From contig CBDFJQ010000002.1 in assembly GCA_965248575.1 (NCBI GenBank), positions 3,488,001 to 3,552,000 on the forward strand: a DNA stretch of 64,000 nt. Direction: 5' to 3'. Position 1 is the stretch's first letter, and every line of letters begins with the position of its first letter. Source of the stretch: Planctomycetota bacterium (GTDB lineage Bacteria; Planctomycetota; B15-G4). The notes beneath the pieces were generated by a model, which saw only the letters and a list, made by a program, of their open reading frames with translations, did not search any database and was not told where the DNA came from. The translations under genes were made by a program, and so were the position numbers. This document shows, piece after piece, positions 22,042-31,236 of the stretch.

Positions 22042-23427
22042 ATGGAAGCCCCAGACCTCCAGAAGATCCTCGACAGCCTCGAATCGGCCGATACGCCCCC
22101 TGTGCGGCGAGCGGTTGGAGAAGTCCGAGCGGCCGATATTGCCCAGGGGCTCACGGATCTCGAGGAGGACGCGATCCTCCTGATTTTCTCGCTGTTGGGG
22201 GACGAGAAGGCCTCGGCGGTGCTCGCTGAAGCGGACGAGAACACCCAAGAGGATTTGTTGGCCTCGCTGGGCCCGGCCCGCGTGGCGCGCCTGCTGAACG
22301 CGATGGACCCGGACGACGCCGCTGACTTGATGGAGCTGGCTCCGGAGAACGAGCACGCCAGCATCCTTGCGGGGCTGGATGACGAGACCTTGCGCACGGT
22401 CAAGCTGCTCGGGGAGTACGAGCCCGAGTCTGCGGGCGGCATCATGACCACCGAGGTCGTGGCCGTTGGCAGCAACGAGACTGTTCAATCGGCCTTGAGC
22501 AAACTGGCCGACGCCGAGCAGCCCGAAGCCATGGGCAGTGCATTCGTGGTGGATCCTGCCGGAACGCTTGTGGGTTTCGTCGACCTCAAGGCCCTGCTCA
22601 CGGCTGCGGCCTCTGACTCGGTCGGCGGCATCATGAACGCCGACGTGATCTCGGTTCCCGTGGATGCAGACCAGGAAGAAGTCGCGCGTCTGGTGGAGCA
22701 CTACGACCTGGGTTCGGTGCCTGTGGTGGACGCCGCGAGTCGCTTGAAGGGCGTCATCACCCTCGACGACATCATCGAGGTGCTCGATGAAGAGGCCAGC
22801 GAGGACATGCTGCGTCTGGCGGGTACCGGCGTCACCCACCCCACGACCGAGGACGTCCTCACCCGTCTGTGGGCGCGGGCGCCCTGGCTGTCCGTGACCT
22901 TGGTAGGCACCTTCATCGCCGGACTGATCATCGAGTTCGTCGAGAAGACCTGGTTTCCCCAGGCGCTGTCCGCCCTGGGGCCGAGCGCGACACGCTTCCA
23001 GACGTTGCTCTACTTCATTCCGCTCATCGGAGGCATGGCGGGCAACGTGGGGAGCCAGTCCTCCACGATCATGATCCGCGGCTTCGCGACAGGCGAAGTG
23101 GACCCCACGCGCCCCATGCGGGTCCTGCGCGGTGAGCTGACCCTGGCCCTCATCATTGGCGTCATTGCCGGAGCGATGGTGGGTGTGGCGACACACTTCC
23201 TGTACTCGGAGATGCCGAGCCTTGGCCTGATCGTCGGTGTAGCGCTGCCGTCGGCCATCCTGGTCGCAGCCCTGGCGGGCACGCTGATTCCCTTCGCGTG
23301 TCACGCGGTCAAGGTGGACCCGGCCTACGCCGGGGGGCCCTTCCTGCTGACGATGAATGACATCGCGGCCTACCTGATCTACTTCGCCGTGGCGATCAGC
23401 CTCCAGGATGCTGTCGCTGGTGGCTGA
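22042..23427 (+). CDS. mgtE: Magnesium transporter MgtE
   Basis: MDPDDAAD, ESAGGIMT, CBS pair, DQEEVA, ITLDD, RAPWL, GNVGSQ, VDPA..GPF...ND. Confidence 0.96.
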   Translation: MEAPDLQKILDSLESADTPPVRRAVGEVRAADIAQGLTDLEEDAILLIFSLLGDEKASAVLAEADENTQEDLLASLGPARVARLLNAMDPDDAADLMELAPENEHASILAGLDDETLRTVKLLGEYEPESAGGIMTTEVVAVGSNETVQSALSKLADAEQPEAMGSAFVVDPAGTLVGFVDLKALLTAAASDSVGGIMNADVISVPVDADQEEVARLVEHYDLGSVPVVDAASRLKGVITLDDIIEVLDEEASEDMLRLAGTGVTHPTTEDVLTRLWARAPWLSVTLVGTFIAGLIIEFVEKTWFPQALSALGPSATRFQTLLYFIPLIGGMAGNVGSQSSTIMIRGFATGEVDPTRPMRVLRGELTLALIIGVIAGAMVGVATHFLYSEMPSLGLIVGVALPSAILVAALAGTLIPFACHAVKVDPAYAGGPFLLTMNDIAAYLIYFAVAISLQDAVAGG

Positions 23428-24595
23428 CACTCCAGCAGACGCCGCCAGCGATCCTGAGGCGCTGCGGCCGTCACGACGTCGCTGGGTGTGGACAGTCGTG
23501 GCCATCGTGCTTCCTTCACTGATCTTGCGCGGGTGTGTGCTCTCCACCTACGTCATCCGTTCTCCCTCCATGGAGCCGGCGGTTGCGACGGGAGATCACC
23601 TGCTCGTGCTGCAGGACGCGGTCGACCAACGGGCGCTGAAGCGTTGGGATGTCGGGCTCTTCGATCGATCGGTGGACCAGGAGGTTCCTGCCGACATCAA
23701 GGCCATCGCCAAGCGCATCGTGGGTTTGCCAGGCGAGGTCATGGAGCTGCGCGACGGAGACCTCTATGTGGGTGAGGACGGGCGTGAGCTGAGCCTGGTC
23801 CGTAAGGGCGACATGCTCATCCGCCGACTTCTGGTCCCGGTTCACCGGGGCCTCGGCCTAGAGCTGCCCTGGGCCGGTTCTAGCCTCCAGACCGTGACGG
23901 GCGGTACACGGGTTACGGCGGGCTTGCGCGAGGTGTGGTCCTTCTACGGCTCCGGTGTCCGGGACGGCGAGCTGGACGAGACGGGCCGATGGCCTGTGCG
24001 AGACACAGCCCTGGAGGTCCTCGTCGGGGAGGGTGATGGCACGCTGCTGCTCCAACTCCGCGAGGGGGCGGACACCTTCCAAGCCCGTCTCGCGCCGGCC
24101 AGCAGGGGTGGCGCGTTGTTGGGCCACAACCTGGGCGGAGGTGAGGTCCAGTCGGATCCGGACTTCGCGGGGCTCAAGGCCGGGCAGCGCGTGTTGTTCT
24201 GGAACGTCGACAACGGCATTCGGCTCTGGGTCGACGACGAGCTGGTCCTGTCCCACGATCTCGAGTCCAACTTCGAGTTGAGCCCCGGCGGGACGCTCAA
24301 CAATGTGCCCGGCCTGGGAGTGCTGGGCGGCGAGCTGTTGCTGCGCGAAGTCACCGTTCTCCGAGACCTCCACTACGCCCCTCAAGGGGACTATGCGGCC
24401 CCCCCGGCGGCGGTGTTCACGCCCCACCAAGTGCCTGATAGACATGTCTTCCTCTTGGGAGACAACAGCCGTAAGTCAAGAGATAGCCGCTATTTCGGCG
24501 CCGTTAGCCTGGAGAAACTGTTGGGCCGCCCCTTCGCCACCTACCGCCCGATCGAGCGTGCGGGCTGGAGGACCTCGGCAGGAGTCCAGCCGTGA
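23408..24595 (+). CDS. lepB: Signal peptidase I with large insertion
   Basis: TM helix, SPSMEP (catalytic Ser), KRIVGLPGE (catalytic Lys), LLGDNSRKSRDSRYFG. Confidence 0.92.
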   Translation: MLSLVADTPADAASDPEALRPSRRRWVWTVVAIVLPSLILRGCVLSTYVIRSPSMEPAVATGDHLLVLQDAVDQRALKRWDVGLFDRSVDQEVPADIKAIAKRIVGLPGEVMELRDGDLYVGEDGRELSLVRKGDMLIRRLLVPVHRGLGLELPWAGSSLQTVTGGTRVTAGLREVWSFYGSGVRDGELDETGRWPVRDTALEVLVGEGDGTLLLQLREGADTFQARLAPASRGGALLGHNLGGGEVQSDPDFAGLKAGQRVLFWNVDNGIRLWVDDELVLSHDLESNFELSPGGTLNNVPGLGVLGGELLLREVTVLRDLHYAPQGDYAAPPAAVFTPHQVPDRHVFLLGDNSRKSRDSRYFGAVSLEKLLGRPFATYRPIERAGWRTSAGVQP

Positions 24596-24626
24596 CCGGC
24601 CCTGCCCCGCTGCGTCGAATTGAGGC

Positions 24627-24651
24627 GCAACCCCTGGTCGTGTGCGGGGTT
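24627..24651 (+). promoter_or_regulatory. Candidate ECF-type autoregulatory promoter
   Basis: GCAAC-N17-GTT (24627-24631, 24649-24651) directly upstream of an ECF sigma gene. Confidence 0.4.
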
Positions 24652-24689
24652 TCGTCCCCCACTTCGCCCATTGCCGGAGGCTCGATCTC

Positions 24690-25310
24690 TTGACGGAAGC
24701 GCCGGACGGGCGCGATCTCATGCTGGCTGTGTCTGCCGACGAGGCAGGCGCTTTCGACACCCTTGTCCGGGTGTACGAACGGCGAGTGAAGGCGGCCGTA
24801 TCCCGTTCCATTCGAGATCGAGCTTCGGTGGATGACCTCGCCCAAGAAGTGTTCCTGCGTCTCTATCGAGCACGGGCCCGCTACCAGCCGACGGCCCGTT
24901 TCGAGACCTTCCTCTACCGCATCATCTTCAACCTCTGCGTGAACCACACCCAATACAGCAATCGCCGCAGGACCTGGTCCTTGGACGCGCCCCAGAGTGG
25001 CGCTGACGAGGACGGTGCGGGCTATGAGCCGGAGGATCTCACCGCCCACGCGCCGCTGGAGGAACTGGAGTTGTCCGAGCGGGCCCAGCTCGTTCGCAAG
25101 AGCGTGGAGACACTGCCCGATAGCCAGCGGCAGGCCTTGGTCCTCTCGCGTTTCGAAGGGCTTGGTTATCAGGACATCGCCGCCGCCATGGGCTTGTCGC
25201 TGCCTGCGGTGAAGTCGCTGTTATGGCGCGCACGAGAGAACCTTCGCGAACGCCTGCAACCGATCCTGCAGGCCCAGGGCTACCCCACTGGAGCGATCGA
25301 TGATGACTGA
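24690..25310 (+). CDS. ECF sigma-70 factor
   Basis: AFDTLV, DDLAQEVFLR, FETFLYRI..N, LP..QRQALVL, Y.DIA..MGLS...VKSLLWRAR. TTG at 24690 has GGAGG upstream (ORF open to 24642). Confidence 0.95.
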   Translation: MTEAPDGRDLMLAVSADEAGAFDTLVRVYERRVKAAVSRSIRDRASVDDLAQEVFLRLYRARARYQPTARFETFLYRIIFNLCVNHTQYSNRRRTWSLDAPQSGADEDGAGYEPEDLTAHAPLEELELSERAQLVRKSVETLPDSQRQALVLSRFEGLGYQDIAAAMGLSLPAVKSLLWRARENLRERLQPILQAQGYPTGAIDDD

Positions 25311-25785
25311 GCTCGAACAGCGCCTGCTTCAGGAACACCTGGACGGTTCCTTGCCTGAGGAACGTCAGGGCGAGTTGGTGTCCCTGCTCGATGGGAACGC
25401 CGATGCCCGCCGCTACGTCGCGGAGCACCAGTTGTTGTGGGAGGCCTTGGGCGAAGCGTTTCCGGAGGCGGAAGACGTGCAGGCGTCCCAGGAATTCCGG
25501 GAGTCGGTTTCAGACGCCGTGGGTCGACCTGCGCTGAAGCGGGTTCGATTGGCTTGGGTTGCCAGCGTGGCTGCGGCAGCGCTTCTGGCGGTCGGCGTGT
25601 CCAGCTGGATGCACCGCCAGGGCTCCCCGCTGGAAGGCATCACCGGCAACGATCGCGAGGTGGTTCGCTACCTGCATGTCTTGCGCGACCTCGATTTCAT
25701 GCAGGCCTACGGCGCGGAGCTGGACTTGCGCGGAGACCTGGAGGTCTTCCATGCCTTCGCAGGCGAAATGGAAGGTGAGGGATGA
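25300..25785 (+). CDS. Putative membrane-bound anti-sigma factor
   Basis: Follows the sigma gene; LQEHLDGSL ASD-like start without Zn ligands; single TM (LAWVASVAAAALLAVGVSSW). Confidence 0.75.
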   Translation: MMTELEQRLLQEHLDGSLPEERQGELVSLLDGNADARRYVAEHQLLWEALGEAFPEAEDVQASQEFRESVSDAVGRPALKRVRLAWVASVAAAALLAVGVSSWMHRQGSPLEGITGNDREVVRYLHVLRDLDFMQAYGAELDLRGDLEVFHAFAGEMEGEG

Positions 25786-26645
25786 CGCGCCTCGCGACGC
25801 TCGCAGTCTTGGCCGCGCTGTTGGTGGCGGCTGCTGGCTTCACCCTCTTTCCCGTGTCGGTGGAGCAGCAGCGCAAGAACCGCATCCAATGGTTGGCTCT
25901 TCCTGAGTTCGAGCAGCAGCGCCTGCGGGAGGAGTGGGCGGAGCTCAGTGACCAGCCCCCTGAGGTCCAGCATGAGATCATGCGGCGCTTGGCGACCTTG
26001 CAGCGGCTGCGCTCCCATCCCAGCCAGGTGGACGAAGGCACCCGTCGACCGGATGAAGTGGAGCGCGTGCTCAAGGGCATGGCGGGCCGTCTCCGTCGGC
26101 TGCTGGAGCCGCAAGCCCAGGAGAGCGATGAAGACACGGCGCTTCGACTGCGCGCCCGTACGCGCGAGCGCATCGATGCCTTTCTCGACAACCTCGTGGC
26201 TGCAGACCGCCTCGATCTGAACGAGCGTACCGAGCTGGGGAACCTGGCTTGGGAGGAGTACGTGCGGGTCTCGCTTGAGATCCAGAAGGCTGAGGAGATC
26301 TATCTCTACTCGGAGTTTTCCGGGCGTCGCGAACGGGAGCCGGCACAGATGGAGACCCTGGCCCCCTTGGATCTGCTCGAGGAGATGCTGGAGGTGAGGC
26401 GGCTGCGAGGATTCCTGGGCGAGGCAGGGGAGGTGCTGGGTCTCAGCGAGGCCGAGCAGCAGCAGCTCGCGGAGGCCTCGGATGAGGACTTTTTCCGGGT
26501 GGCCAAGGCCCTCATGGAACCCAAGGCCCGTGAGTACATGTCGCGCGAGCTGAAGATGGACCAGGACCAGATCGAACGGACCCTTGCCCGCCCCTATCGG
26601 GACCTCGAACGCTCGTTGCACCGCCTGGTACAGATGAGGCGCTGA
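25782..26645 (+). CDS. Exported helical protein (DUF3106-like N-terminus)
   Basis: Signal/TM, then W..L....QQRLREEW..L pattern; ATGA-coupled to the anti-sigma gene. Confidence 0.6.
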   Translation: MTRLATLAVLAALLVAAAGFTLFPVSVEQQRKNRIQWLALPEFEQQRLREEWAELSDQPPEVQHEIMRRLATLQRLRSHPSQVDEGTRRPDEVERVLKGMAGRLRRLLEPQAQESDEDTALRLRARTRERIDAFLDNLVAADRLDLNERTELGNLAWEEYVRVSLEIQKAEEIYLYSEFSGRREREPAQMETLAPLDLLEEMLEVRRLRGFLGEAGEVLGLSEAEQQQLAEASDEDFFRVAKALMEPKAREYMSRELKMDQDQIERTLARPYRDLERSLHRLVQMRR

Positions 26646-26704
26646 CGGGCAGAGGGCTCTTCGTCGGACCTCGGTGGAGGCGGGAGCTTGTGCCGCTATG
26701 ATGT

Positions 26705-27637
26705 GTGGCCGTGCGATTCACCAAAGTCGAGGGAGCCGGAAACGACTACGTCCTGGTCGATGTCTTTGACCAGCTGATCGAGGATCCGGCGGCACTTTCG
26801 CGCCGGGTGTCAGACCGGCACCGAGGGATCGGCTCAGACGGCCTGCTGCTCGTGGGGCACTCGACGGCGGAGGTTGCCGGCCATGCCCTGGGTGCGGCCT
26901 CGCAATCCGTGGCAGTGCCCGTCGCTCGCATGCGCATCTTCAATGCCGATGGCAGTGAGGGCCAGATGTGTGGCAACGGACTGCGCTGCGTCGTGCGGTA
27001 TCTGCTGGAGAGTGGGCGTGTTCCTGCGGGCGAGGTGTTGCTGGAGACGGCGTCCGGGATCTTGCGCTCCAGGGTCGACCCAGAGGGTTCTGTAGAGGTG
27101 GACATGGGGTGTCCGAGCTTCCTCCCGGACTCTCTGCCCTGTGATCTTCCCGACGAGGGTGGGGGCGCGTTGCCAGCTGTCCATCCGCTGCCCCCGGGCT
27201 TGGAGGGACAAGCCGAGGGTGCCTACGCTGTATCGACGGGCAATCCCCATCTCGTGCTCCGGGTGAAAGACCTCGTGGCCTTCGATCTGGCCCGTCATGG
27301 CAAATCCTTGCAGGCCTCACCAAGGCTGGGCCAGGGTGCGAACGTCCACGCGGTGCAGATGGGGCCGTCCGACACGCCGCTGCCCACGCTCATCGCGCGC
27401 CCATGGGAGCGCGGTTCAGGTGCGACCCAGGCTTGTGGAACTGGTGCGGTGGCCATCGCGGCAGTGGCTCGGGCGCTCGGCTGGGTGCCCGGCGCCGAGC
27501 TGACCATCCGCATGCCGGGCGGTGAGCTCGGAGTCCGTTGGGATGAGAACGCCCACGCATGGCTCTCGGGCCCCGCCGAATTGGTGTTCCAGGGAGAATG
27601 GCCCGTGGTGAGACCGCTGAAGGGCACGAACTCATGA
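26705..27637 (+). CDS. dapF: Diaminopimelate epimerase
   Basis: FTKVEGAGNDY, GIGSDG, NADGSEGQMCGNGLRC, GNPH, ERGSGATQACGTGA, PGGEL, LSGP. Confidence 0.97.
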   Translation: MAVRFTKVEGAGNDYVLVDVFDQLIEDPAALSRRVSDRHRGIGSDGLLLVGHSTAEVAGHALGAASQSVAVPVARMRIFNADGSEGQMCGNGLRCVVRYLLESGRVPAGEVLLETASGILRSRVDPEGSVEVDMGCPSFLPDSLPCDLPDEGGGALPAVHPLPPGLEGQAEGAYAVSTGNPHLVLRVKDLVAFDLARHGKSLQASPRLGQGANVHAVQMGPSDTPLPTLIARPWERGSGATQACGTGAVAIAAVARALGWVPGAELTIRMPGGELGVRWDENAHAWLSGPAELVFQGEWPVVRPLKGTNS

Positions 27638-30405
27638 TCTCCGTGATGGCAGTGTCCCTCGCGGTGCTGCTCGGGCATTGGTTGCTCGACGGCGCGCGCT
27701 TGGAATTGGGGTTGGCTGTGGCGACGACGGCTCCCGCGCTGTTTGTCTCGGCGGTGGGCTTGGGTTTGCTGGCTCGGGTGCGTTTGCACTTCCTCGCTTA
27801 TGGGCTCTTGTTGGCGGTGCTAATTGTCGTGCGCGGGCTGTTGGCTGAGCTCGGCGCAGCCTGCTCGTCCGGCGACGCCGCGCCCCATGTGGCAGCGGCC
27901 TTTTCCCTCGTCCCCTTGGGCTTCGTGCTTGGCCGCGTGCTCTCGCCTCTTACCCAGGGTGGCGGTCTCTGCCTGTGTCTGGGTTGGGTGTTGGGGGAGT
28001 TCGCGGTTCTCGCTGGCGCCGTCGCCTACCTGCCGGGCTTGCCCACCGGGCTGCTGTTTGCAGCGGCCTTCGCGGGTCTCGCCGAGCTGGGACGAGGGCG
28101 CCGGGAGCATCGGGACGATGGAGCTGATCGTCCGGTTGGGCTGGGCTGGGAGGCGCTGCCCTTCGGCTTCGCCATGGGCGTCGCCTGGCTCAGCCTGCAG
28201 CGCGTCGTTCCGGCCTATGTGACGCCGCCGCTGCACGCAGGCTCAGAAGTGGTCTTGTCCCTGGCCCTGCCCGCGCTACTCGTGGCCTGGCCTGCCAAGG
28301 TGCTGTCGGACGGCAAGGTCGCTCGTCGGGTCGTTCGGGGCGTGGGCTTTCTCGCGCTCGGCTATGCCCTGTGGAAGCTCGCCGGTTCCTTGGGGCTGTA
28401 CCAGCTGAGCAGGCCCTATCTCGCGGTGCACACGGAGATCCGACAGACGGCTGTGCGCTGGGGAGCGCCCGTGACCGAGTGGCGCGGCTGGTTGCTGGTC
28501 TTTGCCGGATTGCCAGCGGCTGGGCTCGGTGTGGTCTTGGGCACGTTGGGCAAGTTCGCTCGAGCGCCTTTCGTACTCGGCCTGGCCCTCGCCTTCGCGT
28601 CGGCTTCCTGGCTGCATTGGGAAGCGGCGCTCGGGCCCCAACAGCTGATCGTTGCTGCGGCCGGTGTGGCCGCCGTGGCAGCCGTTGGCGCCTGGAATCG
28701 ATGGGCGCTCGTGTTGGTCCCAGCCGGCGTGATGGCGGTCGCGCTTTTTCCGATCGACCAGCGGGCAACCTTCGAAACCGTGCGGCGGATCGGTGAGCCG
28801 GGCGTGGAATCGTGGAGCCGGGATGTCTTGGCGGACGTCCTTGTGTTCTCCAGCGGTGGACCCGAAATCGCTGCGCTGCAATCCCGTCGGGCCTATGGGA
28901 CGACGTTCACGGACCGGGAGTCGTTGGGTGAGGTGAAGGAGCTGCTGGGCGAACCCTGGTCAAAGGGTCACGAGCATTCGTTGGAGGTGGAACCTGCCGC
29001 TCAGTCGGATGTCCCACCGTTGTTGGCTAGGCCTACGGAGTTTGACGACTCGGCTGACGCTGACATGGAGGCGATGACGGACTGGAAGTACGGGCTTCGA
29101 TTCGCGGGTGTGCCAGCCCATGCGGGTCACGACCCCCTGGGCCCCGAGGGATCCCTCGGGCGACTCCAACGCCTGTTCGCCCGACCCGGCCCATGCTTCA
29201 TCGCAGGAGTGGGCGCCGAGCTCCCAGCCGCGGATTTGCTGGATGCCGGGCTGGCGCTGCCGGCGATTTGCGCGAGCCCGCTTCCCATGGGGCTACGCAA
29301 CCAGCGGGTGTTGTTTGCGCAGAGCGGCTCCAAGGGATTCGGGCTGGAAGTCCGACCCCAGGTGTTGCGTGCAGCTTCAGTTGCCCTCGACGGCAGTCAT
29401 TCCACTGTCGTGATCGCGCCCGAACAGTCGGGCTGGCCCGGCGCCGGCATGGTCTTCACCCAGGAGTCGATGCGGCGCTGGCGAGCACTCCTGGCGCCCG
29501 GTGGCCGCTGCCTGGCGTGGTTGGACACAGGCTCACTGGATGCCCGCTCGCTTGCGGCCCGGGTGGCCGCTTTCGGGGCCGCCTTTGGCACCCAGTCTGC
29601 GGCTTTCCTGGAGATGAGGGGGCTCGACGCGCCCTTCCTGTTGCTCCTGGGTTGGGCGGATGCCGCCGGACAGCCGGACGCTGATGAGCTGCTGGCCCGA
29701 CTGCCCGGGGCGGATCGCACAGGTCGACGCACACGGCTTCGAAGCATGAACGACCTGGCGGCCATGTTGATCCTGGATGGAGAAGGCGTGCGCTCGGTCA
29801 CAGGTTCTTCGAGCGCTCATTCCCGTTCGACCCCGAGGGACCCGGGAGCTTTTTCGGGAAGGGGTTGGAGCGCGGTACACGCGCTGGCCGAACACAGTCG
29901 CCAACTCCACACGGTGGTGACCGGACTGCGCGCCGGGGAAGTGAACGTTCCTGGTCCTGATGCGGAGAGCTTCAAAGCTGCCACGACGCAGCTTCTGAAG
30001 GGCCTGCGGCTTCACTCGCGCTACACCTACGAGCTGTCGGCACTGAGCGGCGCCATGCTCATCGAAGTCGTGGACGATGTGGAGTGGGAGGCCTTCGAGC
30101 GGGAGGTCGAAGCCTACGTCCAGGCAGCGGATCGTGCGCCGGAACATCCCTTGCTGCAGTACGCCTTGGCCGAGCTGTTGGCTCCCTTGGCGGCGGTTGG
30201 GGATTCAACGCGCTTTGCTGGGGTGTTCCAGGCCGTGGGGGCCGAGCGCATGCAGAGCTGGCGGCTCGCTGCCCTGGAAGCCCACGTCCGGCGAGAGGGT
30301 CTGCAAGACGTGGAAGCCGACGCGGCGTTGGAACGCGCCCGCCTCTTGGCGGACTGGGCGCCACAGGGGCTGACCGACTCGCCGGGCGAAGACCACGATC
30401 ACTGA
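27634..30405 (+). CDS. Multi-pass membrane protein with C-terminal degenerate spermidine-synthase/methyltransferase-like domain
   Basis: About 12-13 hydrophobic segments in the N-half; IAGVGAE, P...W..G...FTQE...LAPGG..LAWL as in fused MFS/spermidine synthases. ATG at 27634 overlaps the dapF stop. Confidence 0.6.
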   Translation: MISVMAVSLAVLLGHWLLDGARLELGLAVATTAPALFVSAVGLGLLARVRLHFLAYGLLLAVLIVVRGLLAELGAACSSGDAAPHVAAAFSLVPLGFVLGRVLSPLTQGGGLCLCLGWVLGEFAVLAGAVAYLPGLPTGLLFAAAFAGLAELGRGRREHRDDGADRPVGLGWEALPFGFAMGVAWLSLQRVVPAYVTPPLHAGSEVVLSLALPALLVAWPAKVLSDGKVARRVVRGVGFLALGYALWKLAGSLGLYQLSRPYLAVHTEIRQTAVRWGAPVTEWRGWLLVFAGLPAAGLGVVLGTLGKFARAPFVLGLALAFASASWLHWEAALGPQQLIVAAAGVAAVAAVGAWNRWALVLVPAGVMAVALFPIDQRATFETVRRIGEPGVESWSRDVLADVLVFSSGGPEIAALQSRRAYGTTFTDRESLGEVKELLGEPWSKGHEHSLEVEPAAQSDVPPLLARPTEFDDSADADMEAMTDWKYGLRFAGVPAHAGHDPLGPEGSLGRLQRLFARPGPCFIAGVGAELPAADLLDAGLALPAICASPLPMGLRNQRVLFAQSGSKGFGLEVRPQVLRAASVALDGSHSTVVIAPEQSGWPGAGMVFTQESMRRWRALLAPGGRCLAWLDTGSLDARSLAARVAAFGAAFGTQSAAFLEMRGLDAPFLLLLGWADAAGQPDADELLARLPGADRTGRRTRLRSMNDLAAMLILDGEGVRSVTGSSSAHSRSTPRDPGAFSGRGWSAVHALAEHSRQLHTVVTGLRAGEVNVPGPDAESFKAATTQLLKGLRLHSRYTYELSALSGAMLIEVVDDVEWEAFEREVEAYVQAADRAPEHPLLQYALAELLAPLAAVGDSTRFAGVFQAVGAERMQSWRLAALEAHVRREGLQDVEADAALERARLLADWAPQGLTDSPGEDHDH

Positions 30406-30406
30406 G

Positions 30407-31117
30407 TCAGGCGCGCAACTCGATGACGGCCTCGCTCAACTCGCGCAGCTCCTCGCCGGGAGCGCGGGCCACCAGACGGATCCGGTAGTGGCCGTGGTTC
30501 TGGGGAGCGAAAGCCATGGGTGAGCCGTTGTAGGGCCGCTTCTCGCGTGGGGCACCATCGACCTCGAGCACCACGGAGGCGATCTCGCCAGCGTGGACCG
30601 GCGGGGGTTCGTTGCCACAAACCTGGAGGCGAACCTGGCCATCCGGTTGCAGCCGAATCTGGAGCTCGTCGATGCCTTGGCCGGGGCCGTCGATGGCAAT
30701 CACCTCTGGCGCGACGGACTCCGATGAGGAGCCCGCTTCGCTGCGTCGCAAACCACCGAGGGCAGCTGCGGGCTGGAGGTCTGCTTCACCGTCGGCGCGC
30801 TCCATGAGGGAGCGGACGGTGACTTCGAGGGGGTTCAGGAGCTCGAGGCCTCGTTGCAGAACCCTGGCCACCAGGGAGACCCGGGGCGTGGCGAGAGGCG
30901 CGGGCAGCGACAGGTCCACCACGGCCTTGATGAGCATGTGGCAATCGCCGCAGCTGAGGGCGTGCTCTTCGACGCCGCGCTTTTCCGTTGCCGTGAGGGC
31001 TTCGTCGACGTAACCAGCGAGAAGTCCATCCGAGGGACAGTGGGGCCCAGGTTCCGGGGAGAGGGACCGGGAGCCAGCCGTCGCAAAGGCGGTGTCGAGC
31101 AGGTTGTGCTTCTTCAT
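30407..31117 (-). CDS. zf-HC2 (ZAS) anti-sigma-like protein, soluble
   Basis: HCP...LAGYVD.....E...VEEHALSCGDC; no TM helix; beta-rich C-domain; GAGGA RBS. Confidence 0.8.
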   Translation of the reverse strand: MKKHNLLDTAFATAGSRSLSPEPGPHCPSDGLLAGYVDEALTATEKRGVEEHALSCGDCHMLIKAVVDLSLPAPLATPRVSLVARVLQRGLELLNPLEVTVRSLMERADGEADLQPAAALGGLRRSEAGSSSESVAPEVIAIDGPGQGIDELQIRLQPDGQVRLQVCGNEPPPVHAGEIASVVLEVDGAPREKRPYNGSPMAFAPQNHGHYRIRLVARAPGEELRELSEAVIELRA

Positions 31118-31236
31118 GGAGAGTCCTCACGATCTGCGGGAGACGGAACAGTCGTTGAGGCGGCAGACGGACCGGGCAGAGCGTTCTGACAGGCAGAGGC
31201 CAGGAGCTTGGGGAGAGATGTGGAAATCCTGCTCAT
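31114..31236 (-). CDS. Possible 40-aa small ORF between sigma and anti-sigma
   Basis: [40 protein letters not shown]; its start overlaps the sigma stop and its stop overlaps the anti-sigma start (ATGA at both ends). Confidence 0.3.
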   Translation of the reverse strand: MSRISTSLPKLLASACQNALPGPSAASTTVPSPADREDSP

